Origin: Candidatus Gastranaerophilales bacterium
GTDB taxonomy: Bacteria > Cyanobacteriota > Vampirovibrionia > Gastranaerophilales > Gastranaerophilaceae
NCBI GenBank assembly: GCA_944325185.1
Contig: CALUZA010000059.1
Span: forward strand, 6,140 to 70,139
DNA: 64,000 nt
Direction: 5' to 3'
Shown: one piece after another, positions 28,218 through 38,273 of the stretch
How the letters are laid out: each line of letters starts with the position of its first letter
How positions within the stretch are numbered: the first letter of the stretch is position 1
Notes under the pieces: model-generated
Seen by the model: only the letters and a program-made list of their open reading frames with translations
Told to the model about the DNA's origin: nothing
Database searches by the model: none
Made by a program: the position numbers and the translations under genes

Positions 28218-30857
28218 ATGAATATCGGTAAAATTTCAAATATTAGCATGCAAGGATTTATCAACAAAAAAAATAAAGTTTCAAATCCCTATTACAAAAA
28301 ACAAGAAACAGCAGATACTGCTGAATTTCAAAAGAAAAAAAGAGGAAAAGCAAGAAGCAAAATGGCAGCTTATCTGACTTCAGGTATAATTGCCTTGTCT
28401 TCTTTATTTAACCCCGCAAAAGCCTCAGCTTCATCTTTTAGAAAAAATATTGATGATTATTCAAATCTTAATGCTAATGCAATAACAGAACTTGATAACG
28501 ATAACAGATTTCAACTCGCCCAAACTCTTGATGCTCCTTCTATAACATTCGATTTAACTGGCAACTGGGAAGCATTTTTACATAAACCCAAAACGCAATT
28601 AGCATATTTAACAGATAATGTTGAAGAAGAAGAAAAAGAATTTTCAGAAATAGACGACTTAGCTTCAGAATTATATCCCGCAGGCAACAATGATGAATAT
28701 TTTAAAAATTTAGTTGCTCTTTCCCATGCTAAGGCCAATCCTTGGATGGCAGAAAAAGTAACCAACGGACAAATTGACTACACACAAGGAGATGTATCAA
28801 ATATTGACCCTGAGTTATTAAGAGCAACAGATTACTCAAAAGGTGACGAAAAACTACCCGTATTTGTACCTGAATTCAATTCAACAAAAGAAACAATGGA
28901 AGATAACGACTCTTTAATGGTTTCAAGTTACGAATTAAAACCAAACGGTGCAGATAGATACGGCAAAACTACAATAACCATAACAGATAAAGAACTAAAC
29001 AGAGCAAGAAGTGATCAAGAAAAACTGGATATCATCAACAAGAAACTCATGAAAACATACAATATACAAACAAGAGATTCTTATGCAGGTGATGTAATTT
29101 GGCACGGAATAGGATTGGAACACGAAAACAATTTGCTATTCAGTTTTTCAAGTGAATCAACTTTAGAAGAAAAAGTTCTTACATACTTAAAATACTACGA
29201 AACACCACTGGAAATTGTATGTCCAACAATTCCTGTAAGCTTTATTACAAGAACTTCAGACGGTAAATTCTTCAATCCTTATGAATTCCTTGCAAATGAA
29301 AGAGATGAAGCTCCTGCAATAAGCTATATAGCATCAGATAGAACAGTAGCAAATTTAAAAGATTTAAACGGCGCTCTTACAACTCCTCTAGATATACTTG
29401 ATTTATATGGATTAACAGATGATGTAAGTTTAAAAGAAGCTTACGCAAAAGAACCTGGAAAATATAGAGGCCTACTTCAATCAGGTTTTAGACAAATTAT
29501 AGATAATAACAATGAATTACTTGCAATATATGGAAATAGAGTGATAAGCGAAAGTGATTTATATGAGCCCATTGGAATAAAATTAAGTGATCCCGAAAAT
29601 GCTAAAATAAATCTACAACCATTAGCATATATTCACACTGAAGAAGAATTAGGTGACTATAATTACTGGGAAAAACCATTCTGGCCGTTCCCTACGCCAA
29701 CGGCAACGCCTACAGCAACGCCTACAGCAACCCCGACGGCTACACCAACAGCGGTACCAACAGCAACACCTACAGCAACCCCGACGGCAACCCCAACGGC
29801 AACCCCAACGGCAACCCCAACGGCAACCCCAACGGCAACGCCTACAGCTACACCTACAGCAACCCCAACGGCTACTCCGACGGCAACCCCAACGGCAACC
29901 CCAACGGCAACGCCTACAGCTACACCTACGGCTACTCCAACAGCAACCCCAACTGCTACTCCAACAGCAACCCCAACTGCTACTCCAACGGCAACACCGA
30001 CGGCAACACCGACGGCAACCCCAACGGCAACGCCTACAGCTACACCTACGGCTACGCCAACGGCAACGCCTACAGCAACCCCGACGGCAACACCTACAGC
30101 AACCCCGACGGCTACACCAACAGCGGTACCAACAGCAACCCCAACAATTTGCCCATCATTACCACCTGTTGACCCAACAGAAACTCCAAATAATACAGAG
30201 CCGCCATTTGCGACTCCAACTCCAACTGCTACACCAACAGCAGTACCGACCGCAACTCCGACGGCGACTCCAACAGCGGTACCGACAGCAACACCAACAG
30301 CGGTACCGACAGCAACACCAACAGCGGTACCGACAGCAACACCAACAGCGGTACCAACTCCAACTCCAACAGCGGTACCAACAGCTACACCAACAGCGGT
30401 GCCAACTCCAACTCCAACACCATGTGCAACGGAACCACCTGTTGACCCAACGGAAACTCCAAATAATACAGAACATCCGTATGCTACTCCAACATATAAT
30501 CCGGAACCAACTCCAACAAAAGTACCTGATCCGGAACCAACTCCAACAAAAGCACCTGATCCGGAACCAACTCCAACAGCCTGTCCAGAAGTAACTACAG
30601 GAGGTCCTTCAAACACCTTTGATCCGGATGCAGGAGACGGTGACGCTAATTTCGAATCATATAATCCAGAACCCGAGCAACCTCAAACACCGGTAATAAC
30701 TCCAGCGCCCGAGCAACCTCAAACACCGGTAACAACTCAAGCGCCCGAGCAACCTCAAACACCGGTAACAACTCAAGCGCCTGAAACAACAGAAACATAC
30801 GTGCCTGAAATAAACGAAAATGAACTTATATTAGAAGATGACGGCGCAGGTTTTTAA
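28218..30857 (+). CDS. surface/secreted protein with an unknown N-terminal domain of about 490 aa and a very long Pro-Thr-Ala repeat region
   Basis: SD TAGGAGA lies upstream. A basic N-terminus is followed by a hydrophobic segment ([22 protein letters not shown]). The ORF stays open through about 1.1 kb of GC-rich repeats in an AT-rich genome, and a terminator follows. Confidence 0.75.
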   Translation: MNIGKISNISMQGFINKKNKVSNPYYKKQETADTAEFQKKKRGKARSKMAAYLTSGIIALSSLFNPAKASASSFRKNIDDYSNLNANAITELDNDNRFQLAQTLDAPSITFDLTGNWEAFLHKPKTQLAYLTDNVEEEEKEFSEIDDLASELYPAGNNDEYFKNLVALSHAKANPWMAEKVTNGQIDYTQGDVSNIDPELLRATDYSKGDEKLPVFVPEFNSTKETMEDNDSLMVSSYELKPNGADRYGKTTITITDKELNRARSDQEKLDIINKKLMKTYNIQTRDSYAGDVIWHGIGLEHENNLLFSFSSESTLEEKVLTYLKYYETPLEIVCPTIPVSFITRTSDGKFFNPYEFLANERDEAPAISYIASDRTVANLKDLNGALTTPLDILDLYGLTDDVSLKEAYAKEPGKYRGLLQSGFRQIIDNNNELLAIYGNRVISESDLYEPIGIKLSDPENAKINLQPLAYIHTEEELGDYNYWEKPFWPFPTPTATPTATPTATPTATPTAVPTATPTATPTATPTATPTATPTATPTATPTATPTATPTATPTATPTATPTATPTATPTATPTATPTATPTATPTATPTATPTATPTATPTATPTATPTATPTATPTATPTATPTATPTATPTAVPTATPTICPSLPPVDPTETPNNTEPPFATPTPTATPTAVPTATPTATPTAVPTATPTAVPTATPTAVPTATPTAVPTPTPTAVPTATPTAVPTPTPTPCATEPPVDPTETPNNTEHPYATPTYNPEPTPTKVPDPEPTPTKAPDPEPTPTACPEVTTGGPSNTFDPDAGDGDANFESYNPEPEQPQTPVITPAPEQPQTPVTTQAPEQPQTPVTTQAPETTETYVPEINENELILEDDGAGF
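29691..30146 (+). repeat. in-frame 12-bp tandem repeat, 38 units encoding (P)TPTA/TPTAV
   Basis: 456 nt of ACN-CCN-ACN-GCN units with many synonymous variants (e.g. acgcctacagca, accccaacggca, accccgacggca). Longer internal blocks recur, indicating higher-order repeats. Confidence 0.9.
30213..30422 (+). repeat. second in-frame TPTA(V) tandem repeat block (70 aa)
   Basis: [26 protein letters not shown]... The block is separated from the first by a Cys-containing spacer, [21 protein letters not shown]. That spacer recurs as [21 protein letters not shown] at 30423-30497. Confidence 0.9.
30498..30587 (+). repeat. 3 x 30-bp tandem repeat ((N/D)PEPTPTK(V/A)P)
   Basis: The unit gatccggaaccaactccaacaaaagcacct is repeated three times with few changes. 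Confidence 0.85.
30672..30779 (+). repeat. 3 x 36-bp tandem repeat (PEQPQTPV(I/T)T(P/Q)A)
   Basis: The unit cccgagcaacctcaaacaccggtaacaactcaagcg occurs three times. Copies 2 and 3 are identical. Confidence 0.9.
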
Positions 30858-30876
30858 ATACAAAATACATAAAAAA

Positions 30877-30898
30877 CAGCCCATACGGGCTGTTTTTT
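30877..30898. terminator. bidirectional rho-independent terminator
   Basis: CAGCCC-ATAC-GGGCTG flanked by A6 and T6, between convergent genes. Confidence 0.7.
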
Positions 30899-30908
30899 AT
30901 AGCTTGAA

Positions 30909-31175
30909 TTATTTTTCACAACATTTAAAAGCAAAAGTTTCTATATACTTTGATGGAATATTAATCCATTTATATTCTTTAATATAATCTTCATTACGAC
31001 AGGTAACAATTGCGTCCTTTAAAGTAATTATACCTTCATAACATTTATTTTCATGAAATTTACTATCACATTTATGCAATTGTCCTTCAATTCTTTTATT
31101 TCTTAAAAAACATAATAAAATATCAGATTCGGTATGTTTTGACAATTCATAAATTGCATCATAAGTTTTACACAT
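30909..31175 (-). CDS. hypothetical Cys-rich small protein (88 aa)
   Basis: An ORF with 8 Cys. The segment ILLCFLRNKRIEGQLHKCD...GIITLKDAIV is faintly Sm-like. No confident family. Confidence 0.4.
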   Translation of the reverse strand: MCKTYDAIYELSKHTESDILLCFLRNKRIEGQLHKCDSKFHENKCYEGIITLKDAIVTCRNEDYIKEYKWINIPSKYIETFAFKCCEK

Positions 31176-31249
31176 AAAAAACCTCCATTAATATTACAGT
31201 TTTTATGTTAAACGCTTTTATAGCAAATTACATTATCCGACAAGAAATA

Positions 31250-32515
31250 TTAATGAGCAATTCTAATCAATGAAAGCTTTTGAGCAGCTTCAATATAACT
31301 TTCTATCTCGATTTCATTGTTTAGTTCACTAACAGCAACAAGAACTCTTTTATCGTCAATTGTTGAACCTGCTAAAATATTTTTTTCTTTCATAAACTCT
31401 AAAAATTTATTACTATTACCAACATTTACAACAAATTCATCAAAGAATTCTTTATTCTCAACTTCAAAACCAAGTTCTATTAATTTATTCGCTAAATTAT
31501 GAGCATTATCAAAAGAAGCTTTTGCAATTTTTACAAGCCCACTTTTGCCCATTTTTCTTGCATATAAATTAGCGCAAAATGCAACTAATGCCTGATTTGA
31601 GCAGATATTTGATGTTGCTTTTTCTCTTCTTATATGTTGTTCCCTTGCTTGTAAAGTTAAACAATAAGCAATTTTACCATTTTTATCAACAGATTTTCCT
31701 GCTATCCTTCCGGGAAGTTGACGTTTATATTCATCCTTACAAGCAATAAAACCTGCATAAGCCCCGCCAAAATTCAATCCTATACCGAAAGATTGAACAT
31801 CTCCAACTGTTATATCAACTTTTGGAGGCTCGTATAAAACACAAGACATTAAATCTACACAAGCTATAATAAGTTCTTTTGAATTTTTATTCGGTGCAGA
31901 CTTTAATTCACCAAACCTATTTGGACTTTGATATAATTTAGCGCAAAGCTCATTATCGGAACAATCTTCGCCTACAACAAGCTCTATTCCATTCGCCCAA
32001 AGATAAGTCTTTATAACCTCAAGGTAGTTTAAGTTTATATCAGAACTTACAAAAGCTTTTCTTTTTTTTGTTAAGCGAGATGCCATTAAAATAGCTTCCG
32101 CACAAGCGCTTGCACCATCGTACACCGAAGCATTTGAAACATCCTGATTAACCAAAGTACATATTACAGACTGAAATTCATACATAGCTCTTAAAGAACC
32201 CTGAGAAATTTCCGCCTGATATGGAGTATAACAAGAAAGAAATTCAAATCTTGAAGCAATATCCGAAATAACCGATGGTATATATCTCTTTTTTGCTCCA
32301 CCACCCAAAAAACACAAATAATCAACATTATTCGCCTTCGAGATATTCTTTATATTTCTCTGTGCCTCAATTTCATCAAATCCGTCAGACAAATCCAAAG
32401 ATTTCATTCTTGCTTCAAATGGAATTGAATCATACAATTCCTCTACAGATTTGACTCCAATAACCTCGAGCATCTGTGCTCTATCTTTATCAGTTAAAGC
32501 TTCTTCGTTATACAT
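31250..32515 (-). CDS. gcvPA: glycine dehydrogenase (aminomethyl-transferring) subunit 1
   Basis: N-terminal ...DRAQMLEVIGVKSVEELYDSIP, then YTPYQAEISQGSLRAMYEFQ, typical of the P-protein alpha subunit. Confidence 0.85.
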   Translation of the reverse strand: MYNEEALTDKDRAQMLEVIGVKSVEELYDSIPFEARMKSLDLSDGFDEIEAQRNIKNISKANNVDYLCFLGGGAKKRYIPSVISDIASRFEFLSCYTPYQAEISQGSLRAMYEFQSVICTLVNQDVSNASVYDGASACAEAILMASRLTKKRKAFVSSDINLNYLEVIKTYLWANGIELVVGEDCSDNELCAKLYQSPNRFGELKSAPNKNSKELIIACVDLMSCVLYEPPKVDITVGDVQSFGIGLNFGGAYAGFIACKDEYKRQLPGRIAGKSVDKNGKIAYCLTLQAREQHIRREKATSNICSNQALVAFCANLYARKMGKSGLVKIAKASFDNAHNLANKLIELGFEVENKEFFDEFVVNVGNSNKFLEFMKEKNILAGSTIDDKRVLVAVSELNNEIEIESYIEAAQKLSLIRIAH

Positions 32516-32527
32516 TTATTCCTTCTT

Positions 32528-32905
32528 CTATTGAACTTCGTCTTTATAATCATCATATTCCATTAAGCCGTTTGCATCTTCTTGATAATTAGAAGGCTTA
32601 ATTTTAACAAGCCAAGCAGAATAAGAATCTTCATTAATTAATTCAGGCGAATTAATTAATTGCTCATTTACTTCTAAAATTTCTCCTGAGACAGGCATGT
32701 AAATTTCACTTGCAGCTTTAACAGATTCTATAGTTGCAAAAACTTCGTCTTTTCCAAAAACAGAACCAACCTCAGGTAGTTCAATAAAAACAACATCCCC
32801 TAATTGCTCAACCGCCCAATCAGTTAAGCCGATAAGCGCTTCACCATTTTCTTCAAGGACCCATTCATGTGTTTTAGAACATAATATTCCGTCGGGTATA
32901 TTCAT
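32528..32905 (-). CDS. gcvH: glycine cleavage system protein H
   Basis: HEWV...IGLTDWAVEQLGDVVFIELPEVG...ESVKAASEIYMPVSGE (lipoyl-Lys in ESVKA). Confidence 0.9.
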   Translation of the reverse strand: MNIPDGILCSKTHEWVLEENGEALIGLTDWAVEQLGDVVFIELPEVGSVFGKDEVFATIESVKAASEIYMPVSGEILEVNEQLINSPELINEDSYSAWLVKIKPSNYQEDANGLMEYDDYKDEVQ

Positions 32906-32918
32906 CTATTCTTATCTC

Positions 32919-34091
32919 CTATTTTTCATAATTCTTTTTCACAAAAGGTTTTTTGGTTATTCTAGCATTATATAATTTATTTCTTACCATAACTTGTATT
33001 ATTATGCCAAGACTTTCTTGATTATTGTTAAGTCTTGTAACCAAGTTTGAATCCAAATTTTCAAATTCAATCATACAAAAACCTATATTTTTCCCCAATG
33101 TAGGGCTTGGAGCTCCCGATGTAACATATCCTGCTTTTTTCCCTTCTATATATACATCGTAACCATTTCTTGCTATTTGTCTATCTTCCATTACAAAAGC
33201 AAAAAGCTTTTTTCTTAAAGGTTTTTGCTTTAATTTTTGAGCCAAAATTAACGTTTTTCCATTGTAATCTTCCTTTTTTTCTTTAGGAACAAAAAATCCC
33301 AAAGAAGACTCAATTGGAGTAGTGTTTTCATCCAGCTCATGTCCATACAAAGGTAATCCTGCTTCGAGTCTTAATGTATCCCTTGCGCCCAAACCAACAG
33401 GAACAACCGAAAACTCATCTTTAAATGACAAAATCATATTCCAGAGTTCTTTTGCATATTTATTTTCAAAAACAATTTCAAAACCATCCTCACCTGTATA
33501 TCCTGTTCTTGTTAATAAAACAGGTATTTTATTTAATTCTGTTTTTTGAATTGTAAAAAATTTCGGTTGCAATTCAAATTCAACACCCATTTTTTGAATT
33601 ATATATTTAGCATTTGGTCCCTGCAATGCTAACATAGAAAAATCATCGCTTTTATTAACTATTTCAACATTAAAATTCTTAGCCTCTTCTTTCATAAAAG
33701 GAATATCAAAATCGATTCTCGAAGCATTTATCACAATAAAATAATCTGCCTCTATATCTATATTTTTAACATTATAGATAATCAAATCATCAATTAATCC
33801 GCCATCTTTGTTTGGAAGCTGACAATAAATTGCGCATCCTTCCTTTAGAGTTGAAATATCCTGCGGTACGATTTTTTGCAAATATTCTAAACTTTCTTTT
33901 CCTCTAACATATACTTCACCCATATGAGAAACATCAAAAAGTCCGGCAAAATTTCTTGTTGCATTATGCTCTTTTATAATTCCTTCATATTGTACAGGCA
34001 TCATCCAACCACCAAAAGGTACCATTTTTGCACCCAATTTCAAATGTTCATCATAAAGAAATGTCTTTTTATCCTGTATGTCCGCTTCCAT
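32919..34091 (-). CDS. gcvT: glycine cleavage system aminomethyltransferase T
   Basis: LYDEHLKLGAKMVPFGGWMMPVQY...GLFDVSHMGE...TRTGYTGEDGFEI...GLGARDTLRLEAG. Confidence 0.9.
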   Translation of the reverse strand: MEADIQDKKTFLYDEHLKLGAKMVPFGGWMMPVQYEGIIKEHNATRNFAGLFDVSHMGEVYVRGKESLEYLQKIVPQDISTLKEGCAIYCQLPNKDGGLIDDLIIYNVKNIDIEADYFIVINASRIDFDIPFMKEEAKNFNVEIVNKSDDFSMLALQGPNAKYIIQKMGVEFELQPKFFTIQKTELNKIPVLLTRTGYTGEDGFEIVFENKYAKELWNMILSFKDEFSVVPVGLGARDTLRLEAGLPLYGHELDENTTPIESSLGFFVPKEKKEDYNGKTLILAQKLKQKPLRKKLFAFVMEDRQIARNGYDVYIEGKKAGYVTSGAPSPTLGKNIGFCMIEFENLDSNLVTRLNNNQESLGIIIQVMVRNKLYNARITKKPFVKKNYEK

Positions 34092-34100
34092 TTTTACCCC

Positions 34101-35270
34101 TTATCTAACATAAATTCTGGGCAAACGCATTTTTAACCTGCAAGTTAATTCATAATTTATGGTATCTAATTTTTCTGCCCAAGTATCTATCGTATCTTTT
34201 TTATTATTTTCACCTATAAGTTCAATTATATCACCTTTTGAACAATCAACTCCCGTTACATCAAACATCATTTGATCCATGGTTATTCTTCCGATTTGAA
34301 AAATTTGTTTTCCATTCAAATATGCGCTAATATTACCCGAAAGCTTTCTTGCAACACCGTCTGCATACCCAAGCGGAATTGTTGCAACTTTTTTATTTTC
34401 ATCTGCCACATAAATATGACCATAGCTAATCCCCTCGCCTTTTTTTAAGGTATGGATATTTGTAACCCTTGCTTTTAAACCCATAACAGGAAGCATAGTT
34501 TTTATTTTTTCATTTTCCTCAGAATCAGAAGAATACGGGCTCAAACCCCACATAATTATCCCCATTCTCACCATATCAAAGGAATAACAGGGATATGAAA
34601 AAATTGCAGGAGAATTAAGACAATGAATTTTAACGCCTTTTTGTTTAAATTCCTCTTTAAAAGGTTGAACGATTTTCTCAAAAATGTTTATTTGTTTTTT
34701 AAAAAGTTCTTTATTTTCAACATCCGCAAAATGAGTAAAAATCCCTTTTAAATCTAAGAAATCAGAATTTAAAACCTTTTTTATAAAACCATTTGCACTC
34801 TCAGGTTCAAGACCAATTCTATTCATTCCCGTATCAAGTTTAATATGAACTTTTAATTTTTTATTTAGCCTTTTATATAGCTGTAAGGCAACATCTAAGT
34901 GTTCATCATTAAAAATTGAAACAGAAATATCATATTTAATAGCATTCTCCAAAGCCCAAAGAGGACTTGCACCCAAAACAAGAATCGGGGCTTCAATTTT
35001 ATTCTCTCTTAGTTCAATACCTTCATCTACACTTGCAACTCCAAACTCTTTTACCCCGCAAGCAAGCAAGGTAGGAGCGCACATCAATGAACCATGACCA
35101 TATCCGTCAGCCTTGATGACAGCAAAAATATCCGGAGGGTTATTTTTATTAGGACAATTTTCAAACAAATATTTTTTAATTTCTAAAACATTATGCTCAA
35201 GATTATTTAAATTAATCTCAACCCATGCATCTCTATTTTTATTTACGTATGTACCTCTATAATTCTGCAT
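34101..35270 (-). CDS. alr: alanine racemase
   Basis: AVIKADGYGHG (PLP Lys). C-terminal ...SYG...IPLGYADG...I.GRITMDQMM.D. Confidence 0.9.
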   Translation of the reverse strand: MQNYRGTYVNKNRDAWVEINLNNLEHNVLEIKKYLFENCPNKNNPPDIFAVIKADGYGHGSLMCAPTLLACGVKEFGVASVDEGIELRENKIEAPILVLGASPLWALENAIKYDISVSIFNDEHLDVALQLYKRLNKKLKVHIKLDTGMNRIGLEPESANGFIKKVLNSDFLDLKGIFTHFADVENKELFKKQINIFEKIVQPFKEEFKQKGVKIHCLNSPAIFSYPCYSFDMVRMGIIMWGLSPYSSDSEENEKIKTMLPVMGLKARVTNIHTLKKGEGISYGHIYVADENKKVATIPLGYADGVARKLSGNISAYLNGKQIFQIGRITMDQMMFDVTGVDCSKGDIIELIGENNKKDTIDTWAEKLDTINYELTCRLKMRLPRIYVR

Positions 35271-36115
35271 TAATTCTGCCTTTTGTTTTGCAACATATAC
35301 AATTCATAAGTATTTTCCATTAAGCAAGCAATAGTCATAGGTCCTACTCCGCCCGGAACCGGAGTGATATAACTTGCAACATCTTTAACTTTCTCAAAAT
35401 CAACATCTCCAATCAATCTTCCGTCAAACTGTCTTGTTATTCCAACATCGATAACAACCGCTCCCTTTTTAACCATATCAGCTGTTATTAACTTTGGATG
35501 CCCTGTTGCGCTAACAATTATATCCGCCTTTTTTGTATAATCTTTTAATTTCTTTGTTTTTGAGTGAGCTAAAGTAACTGTGGCATTTTCATTTGTCAAA
35601 AGTGATGCTACAGGTTTCCCCACAATATTTGAACGACCAATTACCAAAGCATTTTTTCCTTCAATTTCTATATTGTAGGCTTTTAATAATTTTATTATTC
35701 CTTTTGGAGTGCAGCAAACAGCATAAGGTTTAAGCCCCGAATATAATCTTCCGATATTTACGGGGTGAAATCCGTCTACGTCCTTTTTAGGATTAATAAT
35801 TTCTAAAATTTCTCTTTCATCAAGATGTTCAAATAGAGGCAATTGAACCAATATTCCGTTAATATCCGGGTTTTCATTTAATTCATGGATTAGACTGATT
35901 AATTTACCTTGAGTAATCGACTTATCAAATCTGTACACACTTGATTTTAAACCTAATGCAATAGAATGTTTCTCTTTTGAAGCAACGTATACCTTGCTTG
36001 AAGCATCATCATTAGCTAAAATTACTGCAAGTCCAGGTTTTTTATTTAATTTGTCTATTTTTTCTTTTATTTCTTCCAACAAAGAAAAAGCAACTTTTTT
36101 TCCATCAATTATCAA
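35270..36115 (-). CDS. folD: bifunctional methylenetetrahydrofolate dehydrogenase/cyclohydrolase
   Basis: ASSKVYV.SK, GILVQLPL, DVDGFHP, VIGRSNIVGKP and PVPGGVGPMT motifs. Confidence 0.9.
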   Translation of the reverse strand: MIIDGKKVAFSLLEEIKEKIDKLNKKPGLAVILANDDASSKVYVASKEKHSIALGLKSSVYRFDKSITQGKLISLIHELNENPDINGILVQLPLFEHLDEREILEIINPKKDVDGFHPVNIGRLYSGLKPYAVCCTPKGIIKLLKAYNIEIEGKNALVIGRSNIVGKPVASLLTNENATVTLAHSKTKKLKDYTKKADIIVSATGHPKLITADMVKKGAVVIDVGITRQFDGRLIGDVDFEKVKDVASYITPVPGGVGPMTIACLMENTYELYMLQNKRQN

Positions 36116-36132
36116 TCAAAATTCCCCTATTT

Positions 36133-36894
36133 TTATTCAACTTGTGGCAAATTTAACCTTGGATACATTGCCTCAAATGATTCTGTTATCCTGTTGATAT
36201 CTACTCTTTGTAAATCGTCCAAACTTTTTTCAACACAGGCAATAATATTTAATTCAAGGCTTTTTGCAATATCATTTATTTCTTTTAATTTTTCTTTCTC
36301 TACTTTATTTACAACAACCCCTAATTGTCCATTAATTGCATATTTACTGGATGATTCAGCAATTTTAGAAGCCAAGGAAAGTGCATTTTTTGAGCACAAC
36401 GAAACAATTATTGTTTCATCAATGGGATAATCTACAAGTAAATTCAAATATTTTAAATCATATTCACAATCAAAAATAACAAAATCATACCTTTCAACCA
36501 ACTTTAACAAAGAATCACGCATAAGACGAGTTGAAGGGCAAATACAATCCTTGGGAGTTACAAACCATGATGCAATTAAATCTATATTTTCATCAACACT
36601 AATAATTATATCTTCAAGAGCCCATTCTATAAACTCTTGTTTGCTCATATTTTCAGGAATTCCGGTTCTATATTCATGTTTTCCCGATTTTATACCATAT
36701 ATCGTATTTCTTGTTTTTATTCCAAAACTATCAGACAATTCCAAAGATAAATCATTATCCACAAGCAAAATTGAAGAATTTGGAAATTTATTTCTCAATA
36801 AACGCACAAAAGCTCTTGTAAATGTAGTTTTGCCGCTCCCTGATTTTCCTATAAAAGCAATTGTTGATGTCATAAAATTCCTTATTTGCTGCAT
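36133..36894 (-). CDS. P-loop NTPase of the MinD/ParA/CooC (SIMIBI) type
   Basis: Deviant Walker A IAFIGKSGSGKTTF, followed by LLVDNDLS. Function unknown. It is the first gene of the co-directional folD-alr-gcvTH-PA string. Confidence 0.65.
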   Translation of the reverse strand: MQQIRNFMTSTIAFIGKSGSGKTTFTRAFVRLLRNKFPNSSILLVDNDLSLELSDSFGIKTRNTIYGIKSGKHEYRTGIPENMSKQEFIEWALEDIIISVDENIDLIASWFVTPKDCICPSTRLMRDSLLKLVERYDFVIFDCEYDLKYLNLLVDYPIDETIIVSLCSKNALSLASKIAESSSKYAINGQLGVVVNKVEKEKLKEINDIAKSLELNIIACVEKSLDDLQRVDINRITESFEAMYPRLNLPQVE

Positions 36895-37034
36895 CTAAAA
36901 TAATTTTACAACAAAAAACAAACTTGGTTAATTCTAATTGAATAAATAATTAGTCCTAAAAATACGTATATTTGAATTATTGTTTTTCATTATAGCAATA
37001 AGTAAAATAATAATGTAAATAAATAGGTAATATT

Positions 37035-38273
37035 ATGTATCACAATCAAGTTTTAACAATGATTTTAGCAGGCGGACAAGGAAAAAGACTCTATCCTTTA
37101 ACAAAAGACAGGGCAAAACCTGCAGTGCCATTTGGCGGAAGATACAGAATTATCGATTTTGTTTTAAATAACTTTGTAAATTCGGGCTTTTATAAAATAA
37201 AAGTTTTAACACAATACAAGTCAGACTCTTTAAATAAACATATTTCAAGAGGCTGGAGTTTATGTCCTTCAATTGATCAATATGTTGATCTTGTTCCTGC
37301 ACAAATGAGAACAGATGGAAACTGGTATAAAGGAACAGCGGACGCCATCTATCAAAACAAAAACCAAATTACAGACGAAAATTTTAGTCATGTTTGCGTT
37401 TTTGGCGGTGATCATATATATAAAATGGATGTTCGACAAATGCTGAAATACCACATCGAAAAGGATGCGGATTTAACAATTTCAGCAATCGCAATCCCCA
37501 TAGAACTTGCAAGTGAATATGGAATAATTGAAGTTGATGAAAATTGGAGATTACAAAATTTTATAGAAAAACCCAAAACAACTCCAAAACACATACCAAA
37601 CGACCCGACAAAATGTCTTGCTTCAATGGGAAATTATATATTTAATCCAAACAAACTTCTGGAAGAGCTTGAATTTGATGCACACGACGAAAACTCAAGT
37701 CATGATTTTGGAAAAAATATAATTCCAAACATGCTAAAAAACGGTTCAAAAGTCTATATATACAACTTTAGCTCTAATACATTTCAAGGCATGTTGCCCG
37801 CAGAACAAGGATATTGGAGAGATGTCGGAAATGTAGACAGCTATTTTATGGCGAACATGGATTTATTGGCATATTCTCCGGAATTAAATTTATACTCTGA
37901 AGAATGGCCACTTAGAACATACAACTATAATTTTCCGCCCGCAAAATTCATCTGGGATGAAGATGAACGTGTAGGGGTTGCAAAAAACTCACTTGTTTCA
38001 GAAGGCTGCATAATTTCAGGCGGAACAATTTCAGGATGCGTCTTGTCTCCTAAAGTAAGAATTAACAGCTACTCAAGCGTGGTCGATTCAATCTTAATGG
38101 AAAATGTTACAATAGGCAGACACTCTCAAATTAATCGTGCAATTATAGATAAAAATGTTGAAATTCCCCCCTACACAGAAATCGGCTATAACAAAGAGGA
38201 AGATTTAAAAAGAGGCTTTTACGTATCTCAAAGCGGGATAACCGTAGTTCCAAAAGGTGCAATTATAAACTAA
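37035..38273 (+). CDS. glgC: glucose-1-phosphate adenylyltransferase
   Basis: ILAGGQGKRLYPLTKDRAKPAVPFGGRYRIIDFVLNNFVNSG, WYKGTADAI, and a C-terminal left-handed beta-helix region. Confidence 0.9.
   Translation: MYHNQVLTMILAGGQGKRLYPLTKDRAKPAVPFGGRYRIIDFVLNNFVNSGFYKIKVLTQYKSDSLNKHISRGWSLCPSIDQYVDLVPAQMRTDGNWYKGTADAIYQNKNQITDENFSHVCVFGGDHIYKMDVRQMLKYHIEKDADLTISAIAIPIELASEYGIIEVDENWRLQNFIEKPKTTPKHIPNDPTKCLASMGNYIFNPNKLLEELEFDAHDENSSHDFGKNIIPNMLKNGSKVYIYNFSSNTFQGMLPAEQGYWRDVGNVDSYFMANMDLLAYSPELNLYSEEWPLRTYNYNFPPAKFIWDEDERVGVAKNSLVSEGCIISGGTISGCVLSPKVRINSYSSVVDSILMENVTIGRHSQINRAIIDKNVEIPPYTEIGYNKEEDLKRGFYVSQSGITVVPKGAIIN

Noticed and set aside
29691-30422. A possible CRISPR array or other non-coding tandem array, because of the dense short repeats.
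   Set aside because: The period is 12 bp with no unique spacers. The repeats lie entirely in frame inside a long CDS, and no cas genes are present.
29653-30616. Long ORFs in the other frames and strand of the repeat region (313-aa QRQPQRQ..., 317-aa GVAVGVAV..., 105-aa CW-rich).
   Set aside because: They are shadow ORFs. Any 12-bp in-frame repeat stays open in several frames. Only the TPTA frame is continuous with a normal N-terminal domain, SD, start codon and terminator.
36194-36898. Plus-strand ORFs of 78 aa and 115 aa opposite the P-loop NTPase gene.
   Set aside because: They are antisense shadows. The minus-strand frame contains the Walker A motif and is contiguous with the downstream operon.
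34092-37034. A glycine riboswitch upstream of the gcv genes.
   Set aside because: gcvT starts 9 nt after alr. The only sizeable upstream intergenic region (36895-37034) is AT-rich and has no GGAGAG/CACCG-type conserved cores.
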